DNA of 64,000 nucleotides from an uncultured Gammaproteobacteria bacterium (lineage in GTDB: Bacteria > Patescibacteriota > Patescibacteriia > Magasanikbacterales > UBA922): NCBI GenBank assembly GCA_964345045.1, contig CAYFPM010000001.1, positions 539,264-603,263 on the forward strand, written 5' to 3'. Under the pieces are notes generated by a model. That model had not been told where the DNA came from. It ran no database searches and saw nothing but the letters and a program-made list of their open reading frames with translations. The translations under genes were made by a program, and so were the position numbers. This document shows, in pieces, positions 55,947 to 64,000 of this stretch. Positions within the stretch are counted from its first letter, which is position 1. Every line of letters begins with the position of its first letter.

Positions 55947-56075
55947 AAAAATTTAATTAATATTTAGCCTGAGTATATTAACGCACTTTTCTAAAGCAAG
56001 CAATTGGGGATAAAAAACTGCTCAATTGAGCAGTTTTACTAATCAAAAAAGTTATATACTGTTCACTGTTTACAC

Positions 56076-58106
56076 TTACTCTTCCTTAAACTCAATCTTT
56101 CTAATCTTGGATTCTTCGGTGTAAAATTCTAGCACATCACCCACTTCTATTTTTACTTTACCTTCGTAACGCATACCACACTCGGTTCCGCTTGGGACTT
56201 CTTTTTCGGTTTGTTTACCAATTTGCAAGTTTGTAACCTTGCCCAAACCAATTTCTTCACCATCGCGTTTTACTCGAACTTGAGCATCTTTTTTAATCTT
56301 ACCACTCTCGACTCTACCACCTACGGTCATAGCTTTTTTCTCGGTTCGGAAAATAGCCATTACTTTCAAATTTCCCAGTTCGGTAACAATCTTTTCGTGT
56401 TCTAATAATTTTTCTAATTCTTCTTGAGTCCATTTGATAAGGTCATAAATAACTTGAAACTGTAAAAAATTAACTCCTTTTTCTCGCATAGACTCTTCGG
56501 CCATTGGAGTTGGATTAACATGAAAACCAATCACATGCGCTTTTCCAGCTTCGGCTTTGCTGATATCTGATTCATTGATATTTCCCAAACCTTTTCCAAT
56601 AATCTTAATAGCCACTTCGTCGTGTCTGATTTTTTCTAGTGAACCAATAATCGCTTCTAGCGAACCAAGCACATCGGCTTTTATAAGCAAGTTCAAATTT
56701 TTCTTGCCTTCTTCATCTTCACCAGAATCATCACTTTGCAAAACTACGCTAGTTTTTTGCGCTCCGGTCATTTGGCTGTGTTTTTGTTTTACATCAATTT
56801 TTTCTGCGGTTTCGGCTTTGGCTACGTTTAGGATATCTCCTACTTCCGGAGCTACTTTAAAACCAATAATCTGTACTGGCACAGCTGGACCAGCTTCTTC
56901 TATTTGATTACCCTTGTAATCTTTCATGGCTCTTACCTTGCCATAAATTTCGTTGTTTACTACTAGTGGATCATTTTTCTTTAGGGTTCCGGCTTGTACC
57001 AAAATAGTGGCCACCGGGCCTACGTTTTTGTCTTTGTGAGATTCAATCACAGTACCCACAGCTGGGATACCGGCATCGGCTACTATGTTTTCTCCATTCA
57101 TATCGGCCATTAGCAAAAGCACATCTAGAAGTTTATCTATATTTATTTCGTTCTTGGCAGAAATTTCTACCATTGGCACGTCTCCGCCCCAATCTTCGGC
57201 TTGCACACCTTTGCCACTAAGTTCGGTTTTTACTTTTTGTACATCGGCAGTGTCTTTGTCGATTTTGTTAATAGCTACTACAAATGGTAGTTTGGCAGCT
57301 TTGATAATTTGGATTACTTCTTCGGTTTGTGGTTTTACCCCATCGTCGGCAGCTACTACCAAGATAGCCATGTCGGCGACTTTGGCACCACGGCTACGCA
57401 TAACTGTAAAGGCTTCGTGACCTGGAGTATCGATAAAGGTGAGGGCTCTTTCTTCTTTGCTTTTTGGATCTTTCCAAACTGTTTGGTAAGCCCCAATGTG
57501 CTGGGTAATTCCTCCGGCTTCGGTATCTATAATATTGGCTTTTCTAATGGTGTCTAGTAATCTGGTTTTTCCGTGGTCTACATGCCCCATCACTACTACT
57601 ACCGGAGATCTGGTGGCTTTGTTTTCTCCTTTTGCCAAAGCATCTTCTAGGACTTCACTTTTTTCTGTTTCTTCTTCTACATTTTCTTCATTTTCTCTAT
57701 TTACAGTAAAACCCAAATCTTCGGCCATAATAGAAGCAGTTTCTATATCCAAGTTTTGGTTTTGGTTGGCCAAAATTCCGTTTTTCATAAGCTCGGTAAT
57801 TACTTGAGCTACAGACATATCTAGTCTTTCGGCAAATTCTTTTACTGTAAGTAAATTTGGCAAAGTTACGGTCTTTCCCATTTCTCTACGCAATTCTTTT
57901 TCTTTTTCTTTACGTTCTTCTTCGGCTTTGCTTTCTTGGGCTTCTATTTCTCTTTTTATGTGTCTCCAACGACGCATTATGGTATTGGCCACTTTGTCGT
58001 CTATCTTAATAGCTTTGGCTCCAATATCAAAACCATGCTTAGGTAATATTTCTAGCATTTTTTTGGGATGGACACGGAGTCTTCTGGCGAGTTCGGTTAC
58101 ATTCAT
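56076..58106 (-). CDS. infB: translation initiation factor IF-2
   Basis: GHVDHGKT G-domain plus the IF-2 C-terminal domains. Confidence 0.95.
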   Translation of the reverse strand: MNVTELARRLRVHPKKMLEILPKHGFDIGAKAIKIDDKVANTIMRRWRHIKREIEAQESKAEEERKEKEKELRREMGKTVTLPNLLTVKEFAERLDMSVAQVITELMKNGILANQNQNLDIETASIMAEDLGFTVNRENEENVEEETEKSEVLEDALAKGENKATRSPVVVVMGHVDHGKTRLLDTIRKANIIDTEAGGITQHIGAYQTVWKDPKSKEERALTFIDTPGHEAFTVMRSRGAKVADMAILVVAADDGVKPQTEEVIQIIKAAKLPFVVAINKIDKDTADVQKVKTELSGKGVQAEDWGGDVPMVEISAKNEINIDKLLDVLLLMADMNGENIVADAGIPAVGTVIESHKDKNVGPVATILVQAGTLKKNDPLVVNNEIYGKVRAMKDYKGNQIEEAGPAVPVQIIGFKVAPEVGDILNVAKAETAEKIDVKQKHSQMTGAQKTSVVLQSDDSGEDEEGKKNLNLLIKADVLGSLEAIIGSLEKIRHDEVAIKIIGKGLGNINESDISKAEAGKAHVIGFHVNPTPMAEESMREKGVNFLQFQVIYDLIKWTQEELEKLLEHEKIVTELGNLKVMAIFRTEKKAMTVGGRVESGKIKKDAQVRVKRDGEEIGLGKVTNLQIGKQTEKEVPSGTECGMRYEGKVKIEVGDVLEFYTEESKIRKIEFKEE

Positions 58107-58114
58107 AAGGTATA

Positions 58115-58144
58115 TACGAAATACGAAATATACGAAAGTACGAA
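58115..58144 (-). promoter_or_regulatory. four tandem TTCGTA repeats (gene orientation; spacing 8/9/7) ending 8 nt before the infB ATG
   Basis: read directly in the sequence. Confidence 0.4.
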
Positions 58145-58245
58145 ATTTTGTATTTTATTTTTAAAAAGTGAGTATTATAATTTACCTGATTGTATCTAAA
58201 TTTAGCGAAAAAGTCAAGATTAGGCTTTGGCCAAGTAAAAATAGC

Positions 58246-58275
58246 TTGACATTATTATATTTTTAATGATAAAAT
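58246..58275 (+). promoter_or_regulatory. sigma70-like promoter TAGCTTGACA-N18-TAAAAT driving a ~200-nt structured leader
   Basis: read directly in the sequence; shares the TAGCTTGACA context with the 565-593 promoter. Confidence 0.4.
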
Positions 58276-58380
58276 TTTTCACTATGTATTTTTTGGAGGC
58301 TCTGCATGGCTATATGTGAGTTTTCATTTTTATTAAGAAGACTTAATTGTTCTTTACAGGATAGATAGGAATAAAAAATA

Positions 58381-58436
58381 AAGAGATCGTGAGCAAATGG
58401 CTTATATATGGAGCTTTTTGTTCGCGATCTCTTTGA
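58381..58436 (+). other. 18-bp RNA hairpin in the nhaA leader (AAAGAGATCGTGAGCAAA ... TTGTTCGCGATCTCTTT) with two G-U wobbles that form only on the plus-strand RNA
   Basis: read directly in the sequence. Confidence 0.45.
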
Positions 58437-58485
58437 GATCAAATGATAATGGCGCATTTGCGCCCAACACAAGAGGAGTACCACA

Positions 58486-59736
58486 GTGTCTCACGAGAAG
58501 GAAGGGCCTCGAAGGCCAATCGACATCATCCAAGAATACTCACTCCCGCTCATCGCGGGGGTGATCGGTGCAATGTTGTGGGCCAATCTGAGCCCACACT
58601 CCTACCACGAGTTCATCCACTTCTCTCCGTTCGCGGAGGGGAACCCCCTGCACGTACTGAACTTCCACTTCCTGATGAACGACTTCGTGATGGTCTTCTT
58701 CTTCGGAATCGCTACCAAGGAGATCACCGAAGCCTGCCTCCCCGAAGGAGACCTCAACCCTCCGAGGAAGGCAGTGAACCCGCTGCTGGGAACGCTGGGA
58801 GGAGTGATTGGACCCATCGCGGTCTACAAACTCTACGTCTACTTCACGGGTGCCGAAGCCATCAGCGAAGGCTGGGGCATCCCCACCGCAACTGACATCG
58901 CGCTCGCGTGGCTACTGGCTCGTGTAGTTTTCGGGAAGAATCACCCAGCAGTGAGCTTCCTGCTCCTGTTGGCCGTGGCCGACGACGGACTCGGACTCGG
59001 CATCATCGCCGTCTTCTACCCAGATCCTTCCCACCCGGTGCAGCCAGCCTACTTGGTACTGGTGGCCATCGCCATGGCTGGCGCGTACTACTTGCGAAGG
59101 AAGAATGTACAGAACTACGGGGTCTACCTCGTAGGGCCAGGAGTTCTCTCCTGGGCCGGCCTTTTCCTGGCACACCTCCACCCAGCGCTCGCGCTGGTGT
59201 TCGTGGTTCCTTTCTTGCCCAACATGGGTCATGACGACGGCATGTACGCGGAGATGAGTACTGGAAAAACGTACCTCGATCCGCTCAACAAGTTCGAACA
59301 CGCTGTCAAGCTGCCAGTGGATCTCGGACTCTTCGGGTTCGGCCTGGCCAACGCTGGGGTGGAGTTCTCGAGCATGGGTCATGGTACCTGGGCAGTTCTG
59401 GCCGGGCTGCTACTCGGCAAGACTGTAGGTATCTTCGGCTTCTCGATGCTCGGCCACCTGAGTGGCAAGGCGCCCCTCCCCGAAGGGATGCGCTGGAACC
59501 ACTTGCTGGTCGCCGGCATCGTGGCAGGTCTCGGTCTGACCGTAGCTCTGTTCGTGGCAGGAGTCGCGTTCACCGAACCTATGTTGCAGGGTGCGGCCAA
59601 GATGGGTGCACTGCTTTCGGCATTCATTGCCCCCATCGCGGTCGTGGCAGGTTTCGTCCTGCGTGTGAAGGACGAAGACAAATCACCCGTCGATCTGAGC
59701 AGTGCTGCCGAAGCGCCAGCCACCAGCAGCAGCTGA
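58486..59736 (+). CDS. nhaA: Na+/H+ antiporter NhaA (GTG start); GC-rich island gene
   Basis: GIPTATDIALAWLLA and LLLLAVADDGLGLGIIAVFY signatures; SD AAGAGGAG at 58471-58478. Confidence 0.85.
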   Translation: MSHEKEGPRRPIDIIQEYSLPLIAGVIGAMLWANLSPHSYHEFIHFSPFAEGNPLHVLNFHFLMNDFVMVFFFGIATKEITEACLPEGDLNPPRKAVNPLLGTLGGVIGPIAVYKLYVYFTGAEAISEGWGIPTATDIALAWLLARVVFGKNHPAVSFLLLLAVADDGLGLGIIAVFYPDPSHPVQPAYLVLVAIAMAGAYYLRRKNVQNYGVYLVGPGVLSWAGLFLAHLHPALALVFVVPFLPNMGHDDGMYAEMSTGKTYLDPLNKFEHAVKLPVDLGLFGFGLANAGVEFSSMGHGTWAVLAGLLLGKTVGIFGFSMLGHLSGKAPLPEGMRWNHLLVAGIVAGLGLTVALFVAGVAFTEPMLQGAAKMGALLSAFIAPIAVVAGFVLRVKDEDKSPVDLSSAAEAPATSSS

Positions 59737-59857
59737 CCCCCACCCACCGCGTTTCCCTTCTGGTATTCTCCAGGAAGCTGTTAGAGGACACAGCGAACAC
59801 GCTATTCATTCCTATCTGTCCTCATTCCCTTTGCCCTTAAAAATATTTTAAGATCAA

Positions 59858-59893
59858 AGGAAAATAAAAAACCCTGTACAGATTAATACAGGG
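59858..59893 (+). terminator. rho-independent terminator (ACCCTGTA ... TACAGGGT + TTTTTT)
   Basis: read directly in the sequence. Confidence 0.65.
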
Positions 59894-59947
59894 TTTTTTG
59901 TTTGCCAAGCCAAAATAACTTTGTTAATCTGATAACAAGGAGGACAA

Positions 59948-60208
59948 ATGTCTGCAAAAAAAGAAAAATTGCATCATTTTTTTCTACACTACCTAATCCT
60001 TATAAGCGCAGGGGTCCTCTACACCCTGGTGTCTCTATTTCTCCTCGTCAGAAAAAAATACTTACAACTACTCCTAAGCATCCGCTTTGGAGTACCGTTC
60101 TTCTTCCAAAAAAAAATCCCAAAACCACTGCACCGTCCATCTCTCCGAAAAGCCCTAGAATCTATTGGAGATAGAGAAGATGATAGAACATTTTTTGAAG
60201 CAGACTAA
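59948..60208 (+). CDS. small membrane protein (86 aa), SD-led
   Basis: SD AAGGAGG at 59934-59940; hydrophobic core. Confidence 0.35.
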   Translation: MSAKKEKLHHFFLHYLILISAGVLYTLVSLFLLVRKKYLQLLLSIRFGVPFFFQKKIPKPLHRPSLRKALESIGDREDDRTFFEAD

Positions 60209-60331
60209 AGCCCGCGCCAACGAAAAAATCCAGAGGGCACCCAACTTCATTTTCTCCCCGCACCCAAACGGTGCAGTTTTTTATTTGTAGTAAAAAATAT
60301 TCTCTGTTATGATCAAATCAAGGAGAATGCT

Positions 60332-60523
60332 ATGTCCGAACAAAACATCACACTTTTCTTGCTTGTCATCTTGGGGGTCGTGTTCCTCTACGGATGGTGG
60401 AGAAGAAGAAACAAACCAAATTTGTATACCAGAAAGGAACCCCATCTCCCAGAAAGAAGAACATCGAGCGGTAAAAAAGGTATCCAAGCGATACCGATTG
60501 CAAAACGCAAAAAACCGGACTAG
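60332..60523 (+). CDS. small single-TM peptide (63 aa) with a basic tail, SD-led
   Basis: SD AAGGAG at 60319-60324. Confidence 0.4.
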   Translation: MSEQNITLFLLVILGVVFLYGWWRRRNKPNLYTRKEPHLPERRTSSGKKGIQAIPIAKRKKPD

Positions 60524-60579
60524 CCAGCGCCCAACCATATACCAACAAACTCTTCAGGCTGGGCCATTCATCCAAAAAA

Positions 60580-60615
60580 AACCTGCACCAAAATAGTGCA
60601 GGATTTATTTTTTAA
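60580..60615 (+). terminator. rho-independent terminator (CCTGCAC ... GTGCAGG + T-run)
   Basis: read directly in the sequence. Confidence 0.6.
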
Positions 60616-60658
60616 AAAGTATTAATACTAGTATAATCTCAAATACTACTCACTACAC

Positions 60659-61030
60659 CTAATTCCCCATTTCTAATTTCTCCACCCTTCTTTGTAGTTT
60701 AACTACCAAGCTTCTTAAACTAAGCAATTCAGAAGCTGTGGCATCTGTATCTTCTGCTCCTCTTTTTTCAAGCTCTTCCAATTTTAATTTTACGCTCTCC
60801 AATTCATCTTTAACTTCTCTAATCTCCGCTCGGATCGAATCAAAACCTTCTTGCATTTCTCTACGCAAATCAAGCAAGTCATCTTTGGTAGCGAAATTTT
60901 TTAGATCATCTTTGGTAGCAAAACCTTTCAAATCATCCTTGGTAGCAAAATTCTTAGCATCCTCTTTGGTTACCATATTCTCTTGCAAAAAATCCATTAA
61001 TTCATCAATTGTGACATCATTTTTAGACAT
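60659..61030 (-). CDS. coiled-coil protein with 3x tandem NFATKDDLK repeats
   Basis: 27-bp DNA tandem repeats at ~60880-60960. Confidence 0.5.
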   Translation of the reverse strand: MSKNDVTIDELMDFLQENMVTKEDAKNFATKDDLKGFATKDDLKNFATKDDLLDLRREMQEGFDSIRAEIREVKDELESVKLKLEELEKRGAEDTDATASELLSLRSLVVKLQRRVEKLEMGN

Positions 61031-61134
61031 AGATATTTCTTAATTTCATTATCTAGCAAAAAAGCTTGGCTGTCAACAAAAGATCCTACCTTTTAGAAAA
61101 AAGTAGGATCTAGATTTTATACTTCAATATTCCC

Positions 61135-61665
61135 TTACTTGGCCAACTTTTCGTTATACAATTCCATTGATCTTTTTACAGCAGCTAGAGCAGCTTCTTT
61201 GCCTTCGAATCCATTTACTTCTACTACTTTGTCTTGCAACTTTTTGTAATTTTCGTAAAAGTGTTTCAAAGTTTTTAATTGATGCTGGTTTACGTCGCCA
61301 ATGTCTTGTACATTGTCCCAGCGTGGGTCGTCTACCGGCACGCCAATTACTTTGTCGTCACTGTCACCACTATCTATCATTTTCATTAGTCCCACTGGTC
61401 TGGTGTGAACTACAATCCCCGGATGTAGCGGCTCGGTAGTTAGCACAATTACGTCTAGAGCATCGCCATCGTCCCAAAGAGTTTTTGGAGCAAACCCATA
61501 GTCCATTGGGAATACTTGAGCAGTGTGGCTAACGCGGTCTAACGCAATCAGTCCAGTTTCTTTATCGATTTCGTATTTATTTAACGATCCTCTTGGGATT
61601 TCTATAATAGTGGTAAATATTTCCGGTGCCTTTTCTCCTAGCGGCACATCATGCCATAGATTCAT
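61135..61665 (-). CDS. ppa: inorganic pyrophosphatase (family I)
   Basis: DGDALDVIVL and PVGLMKMID motifs. Confidence 0.9.
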   Translation of the reverse strand: MNLWHDVPLGEKAPEIFTTIIEIPRGSLNKYEIDKETGLIALDRVSHTAQVFPMDYGFAPKTLWDDGDALDVIVLTTEPLHPGIVVHTRPVGLMKMIDSGDSDDKVIGVPVDDPRWDNVQDIGDVNQHQLKTLKHFYENYKKLQDKVVEVNGFEGKEAALAAVKRSMELYNEKLAK

Positions 61666-61880
61666 ATATTTTAGTAATTAGGTGATTAGTAATTAGGTGG
61701 TTAGGTTAGCGTAATATTAACAAAAAGGCAAGCATCTCACAATGTTTAATTTTTAATTATTATTGTCATCTCGAGGAGAGTCCTCAGACTCGACGAGAGA
61801 TCTTTCTGTCTAATTATTTTGCCAACGGAAAGATTTCTCACCCTAAGGGTTCGAAATGACAGTATAACAAATCAGCCGAG

Positions 61881-62831
61881 TTAATGTTCTCGTGTTTTTG
61901 TGTTTTCATGTTTCCTGGCCAAAATCACATACCCTTGGGCTTCTATCCATCTACCTATTAACTTCATTTCAACCAATCCATACAATTCGGCTAGGGCTGT
62001 AGAAACCGGGTGGGTTATTTTCTTAATAAAATACAAAACAAGATTCAACAAACTCAAAAAAGGAAAATTTTTATTATTTTTTAATTTTGGAAAAAATTCA
62101 TCCGGATGTACCAAAAAATGTGACCAAAAAGCATTGTACATTTTTTCTATATCAAATCCGGCTTTGGTTATGAGAGCTTTTAATTTCTTTTTGGAATAAA
62201 GTGAAATATGAAACTCAGCGTGGGGATCAATATTTAATCCTTTTTCAAAAAGATAATTTCTAATATAAGCATGCTTACCGAGCTTTGATTCACTAAACAT
62301 AGCCAGAGGCGCTCCTGTTTTTAGAACTCTTTGAATTTCTTCCAACCAAGCAGGAACATTTTTTACATGCCCCAAAACATCGGAAGTATATACTGCGTCA
62401 AAGTATTCGGCAGGAAAAGGAAAATTTTCTCCATTAAAATATTTGAACTCTGCATGCACCCCATATTTTTTGGCTCTTTCCTTTGCCAATTCTATTTGAA
62501 TTTTTACTACATCTATTCCTATTATCTCGGCTCGTCTACCAAATATTTTTTTAAGATCTATTACAGCGGCTCCTGTACCACAGCCTACATCCAAAATCCT
62601 TATAGGTTCTTTTAGGTCTGTTTTTTTGTTCTTATATTTCAATGATCTTTTTATATATTTGTACAAAAAAAATTTCTTTGGATAAAAAAGAAGTTTTAAC
62701 CAATCGATAGAGTGTACATTGTCCCCTGTAAATACTGGCTTGGTATCCCAAATTTCGGCTCCACTTTCGTCTACCAGCCCCCAACCTAGTTTTTCCTTTT
62801 TTGTTTCATTCATAATGGTATAGTTTACCAC
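61881..62831 (-). CDS. class I SAM-dependent methyltransferase with an N-terminal extension
   Basis: ILDVGCGTGAAVIDL motif I. Confidence 0.7.
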   Translation of the reverse strand: MVNYTIMNETKKEKLGWGLVDESGAEIWDTKPVFTGDNVHSIDWLKLLFYPKKFFLYKYIKRSLKYKNKKTDLKEPIRILDVGCGTGAAVIDLKKIFGRRAEIIGIDVVKIQIELAKERAKKYGVHAEFKYFNGENFPFPAEYFDAVYTSDVLGHVKNVPAWLEEIQRVLKTGAPLAMFSESKLGKHAYIRNYLFEKGLNIDPHAEFHISLYSKKKLKALITKAGFDIEKMYNAFWSHFLVHPDEFFPKLKNNKNFPFLSLLNLVLYFIKKITHPVSTALAELYGLVEMKLIGRWIEAQGYVILARKHENTKTREH

Positions 62832-62935
62832 AGCCTATGAATTGCTAAAAATTTGTATTTTAATATGGGTATGTTGTATCTTGTTTATATAATCTTGTGT
62901 ATATAAATGATGAAGCCCGCCTAGGTAGACGGGTA

Positions 62936-63340
62936 TTACTTGCGAACGCATTTGTAGAGTCTTTGTGCTCTCTTTGCCATAACTACCAAAAGAGCTACCG
63001 TGTACATGGCAAAGACAGCCACCAGGCCGGCAGCAATTGCAAAACTGGCAAACGTCCAAAGACCCGATAGCAAGTTTCCCCCATGCACCACATGGTAGGC
63101 TCCGGTCATGATTGAATAGGCTACGACCAGTGCCCCTCCTACACGAGGAAAGATTTTTACTCTGGACATCTCCAACCAATCTAGTCGTAGAACCAGAGTG
63201 GCCACAAAAGAGTAGCCATAGATAGTGTAGTAGTATAGTTGGTAGCTCTCCTCCAGATCCACCACATAACCAACCCAGGCAAACAAGGCCAGAAAAAAAT
63301 TGAAAGGAAGAACAAATCCCAACCAAAACAAACGTGACAT
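62936..63340 (-). CDS. hypothetical 4-TM membrane protein, GC-richer, strong SD (AGGAGG)
   Basis: start set at MSRLFWLG, preceded by AGGAGGTTTGCG on the minus strand. Confidence 0.5.
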   Translation of the reverse strand: MSRLFWLGFVLPFNFFLALFAWVGYVVDLEESYQLYYYTIYGYSFVATLVLRLDWLEMSRVKIFPRVGGALVVAYSIMTGAYHVVHGGNLLSGLWTFASFAIAAGLVAVFAMYTVALLVVMAKRAQRLYKCVRK

Positions 63341-63376
63341 CGCAAACCTCCTATATCCGTTTTTAGCAAATTTTTT

Positions 63377-64000
63377 ATGCAGAGTCAATCTACAAACAAC
63401 TTATCTGGATTTTTGTTAGTAAACAAACCTGTCGATTGGACTAGCCATGATGTGGTTGGATATATCCGAAAAATTGTTAGAGAATTTTACAAAAAAAATA
63501 ATTTGCCAGACAAAGCAAAAAAAGTGAAGGTGGGCCACGCCGGCACTCTAGATCCATTTGCTACTGGCCTGCTTATAGTAGCCATTGGCCGCGAAGCCAC
63601 CAAACGAATTGACGAGTTTAAAAATCTGAAAAAAGAATATGTTACTACTTTGCAACTTGGAGCCACTTCCGATACTCTCGACAGAACAGGAGAAATAAAA
63701 CAATGGAACAATGGGACAATGGAAAAATTACAAACTAAGTTAAAAGAGCTGGATAAGAAAAAACTTACAAAAGTATTAAAAGAATTCATTGGAAAGCAAA
63801 CCCAAATCCCTCCCATGTACAGTGCCAAAAAAGTTGGTGGTAAAAAACTTTATGAGTTGGCTAGAAAAGGAATAGAGATTGAAAGAAAACCTTGTGAGAT
63901 TGAAATATATGATATTAAACTTTTGGAATTTCCAAGTCATCCTGATCCGCCGCAGGCAGAGAAGGATCCCAGTGGCAGTCCAGAGAGATCCTTCGTTAGC
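63377..64000 (+). CDS. truB: tRNA pseudouridine(55) synthase TruB (partial, runs off the window end); carries a GC-rich in-frame element at its 3' end
   Basis: manual translation MQSQSTNNLSGFLLVNKPVDWTSHDVV ... KVGHAGTLDPFATGLL; not in the ORF track because it has no stop. Confidence 0.85.
   Translation, partial: MQSQSTNNLSGFLLVNKPVDWTSHDVVGYIRKIVREFYKKNNLPDKAKKVKVGHAGTLDPFATGLLIVAIGREATKRIDEFKNLKKEYVTTLQLGATSDTLDRTGEIKQWNNGTMEKLQTKLKELDKKKLTKVLKEFIGKQTQIPPMYSAKKVGGKKLYELARKGIEIERKPCEIEIYDIKLLEFPSHPDPPQAEKDPSGSPERSFVS

Noticed and set aside
1-64000. CRISPR arrays, rRNA and tRNA genes
   Set aside because: No regularly spaced direct repeats with unique spacers, no rRNA-like conserved blocks, and no convincing tRNA cloverleaf (no GTTCGANTCC-type T-arm in a 75-nt context) were seen. 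The tandem repeats present are all inside coding regions or short leader motifs.

Overview
The window is AT-rich (roughly one-third GC) and dense with housekeeping genes on both strands. Identified products include secDF, secA, murB, mraY, a MurC/Mpl-type ligase, glyA, leuS, infB, trxA, ppa, gdhA, rarA, tsaE, hpf, truB (partial), a split comEC, an Elp3-like tRNA modification enzyme, two ECF sigma factors and three SAM methyltransferases. Small 'selfish' nuclease genes (DUF559/Vsr-like and GIY-YIG) are present, as are LPxTG/adhesin-type surface proteins. This repertoire fits a small-genome organism with a Gram-positive-type cell envelope, possibly CPR/Patescibacteria-like; that is inference only.

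Beyond the ordinary gene set I see four layers of unusual structure.

(1) A putative vitamin B12 capture operon at 3.3-6.4 kb. It comprises a cobalamin-riboswitch-like leader with an intrinsic terminator, a DUF4430 protein, a transcobalamin-like protein (alpha/alpha-toroid plus DUF4430) carrying an LPTEG sorting signal, and an ECF-type S-component.

(2) A family of short GC-rich perfect hairpins (8-9 bp C/G-rich stems, 3-5 nt loops). They occur in intergenic DNA and also in-frame inside coding sequences: secA, an ATP-grasp/NlpC gene, a Bpt-like gene, the adhesin, the Elp3-like gene, the GIY-YIG gene and truB. This recalls Rickettsia palindromic elements.

(3) Several GC-rich (~55-60% GC) one- or two-gene islands with TTGACA-type promoters and strong Shine-Dalgarno sites. 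They encode a lipoprotein, a Cdd-like cytidine deaminase, NhaA, several zinc-ribbon mini-proteins and small membrane peptides.

(4) Notable domain insertions: a YdeN/RBBP9-type serine hydrolase inside LeuS, and a parvulin PPIase inside SecD. There is also a duplicated leuS 5' end interrupted by a GC-rich element.

Other observations: conserved 4x TTCGTA repeats immediately upstream of infB and of a PLP-enzyme gene; heptanucleotide tandem repeats inside CDSs; and several small repeat families. No CRISPR array, rRNA or convincing tRNA was seen.
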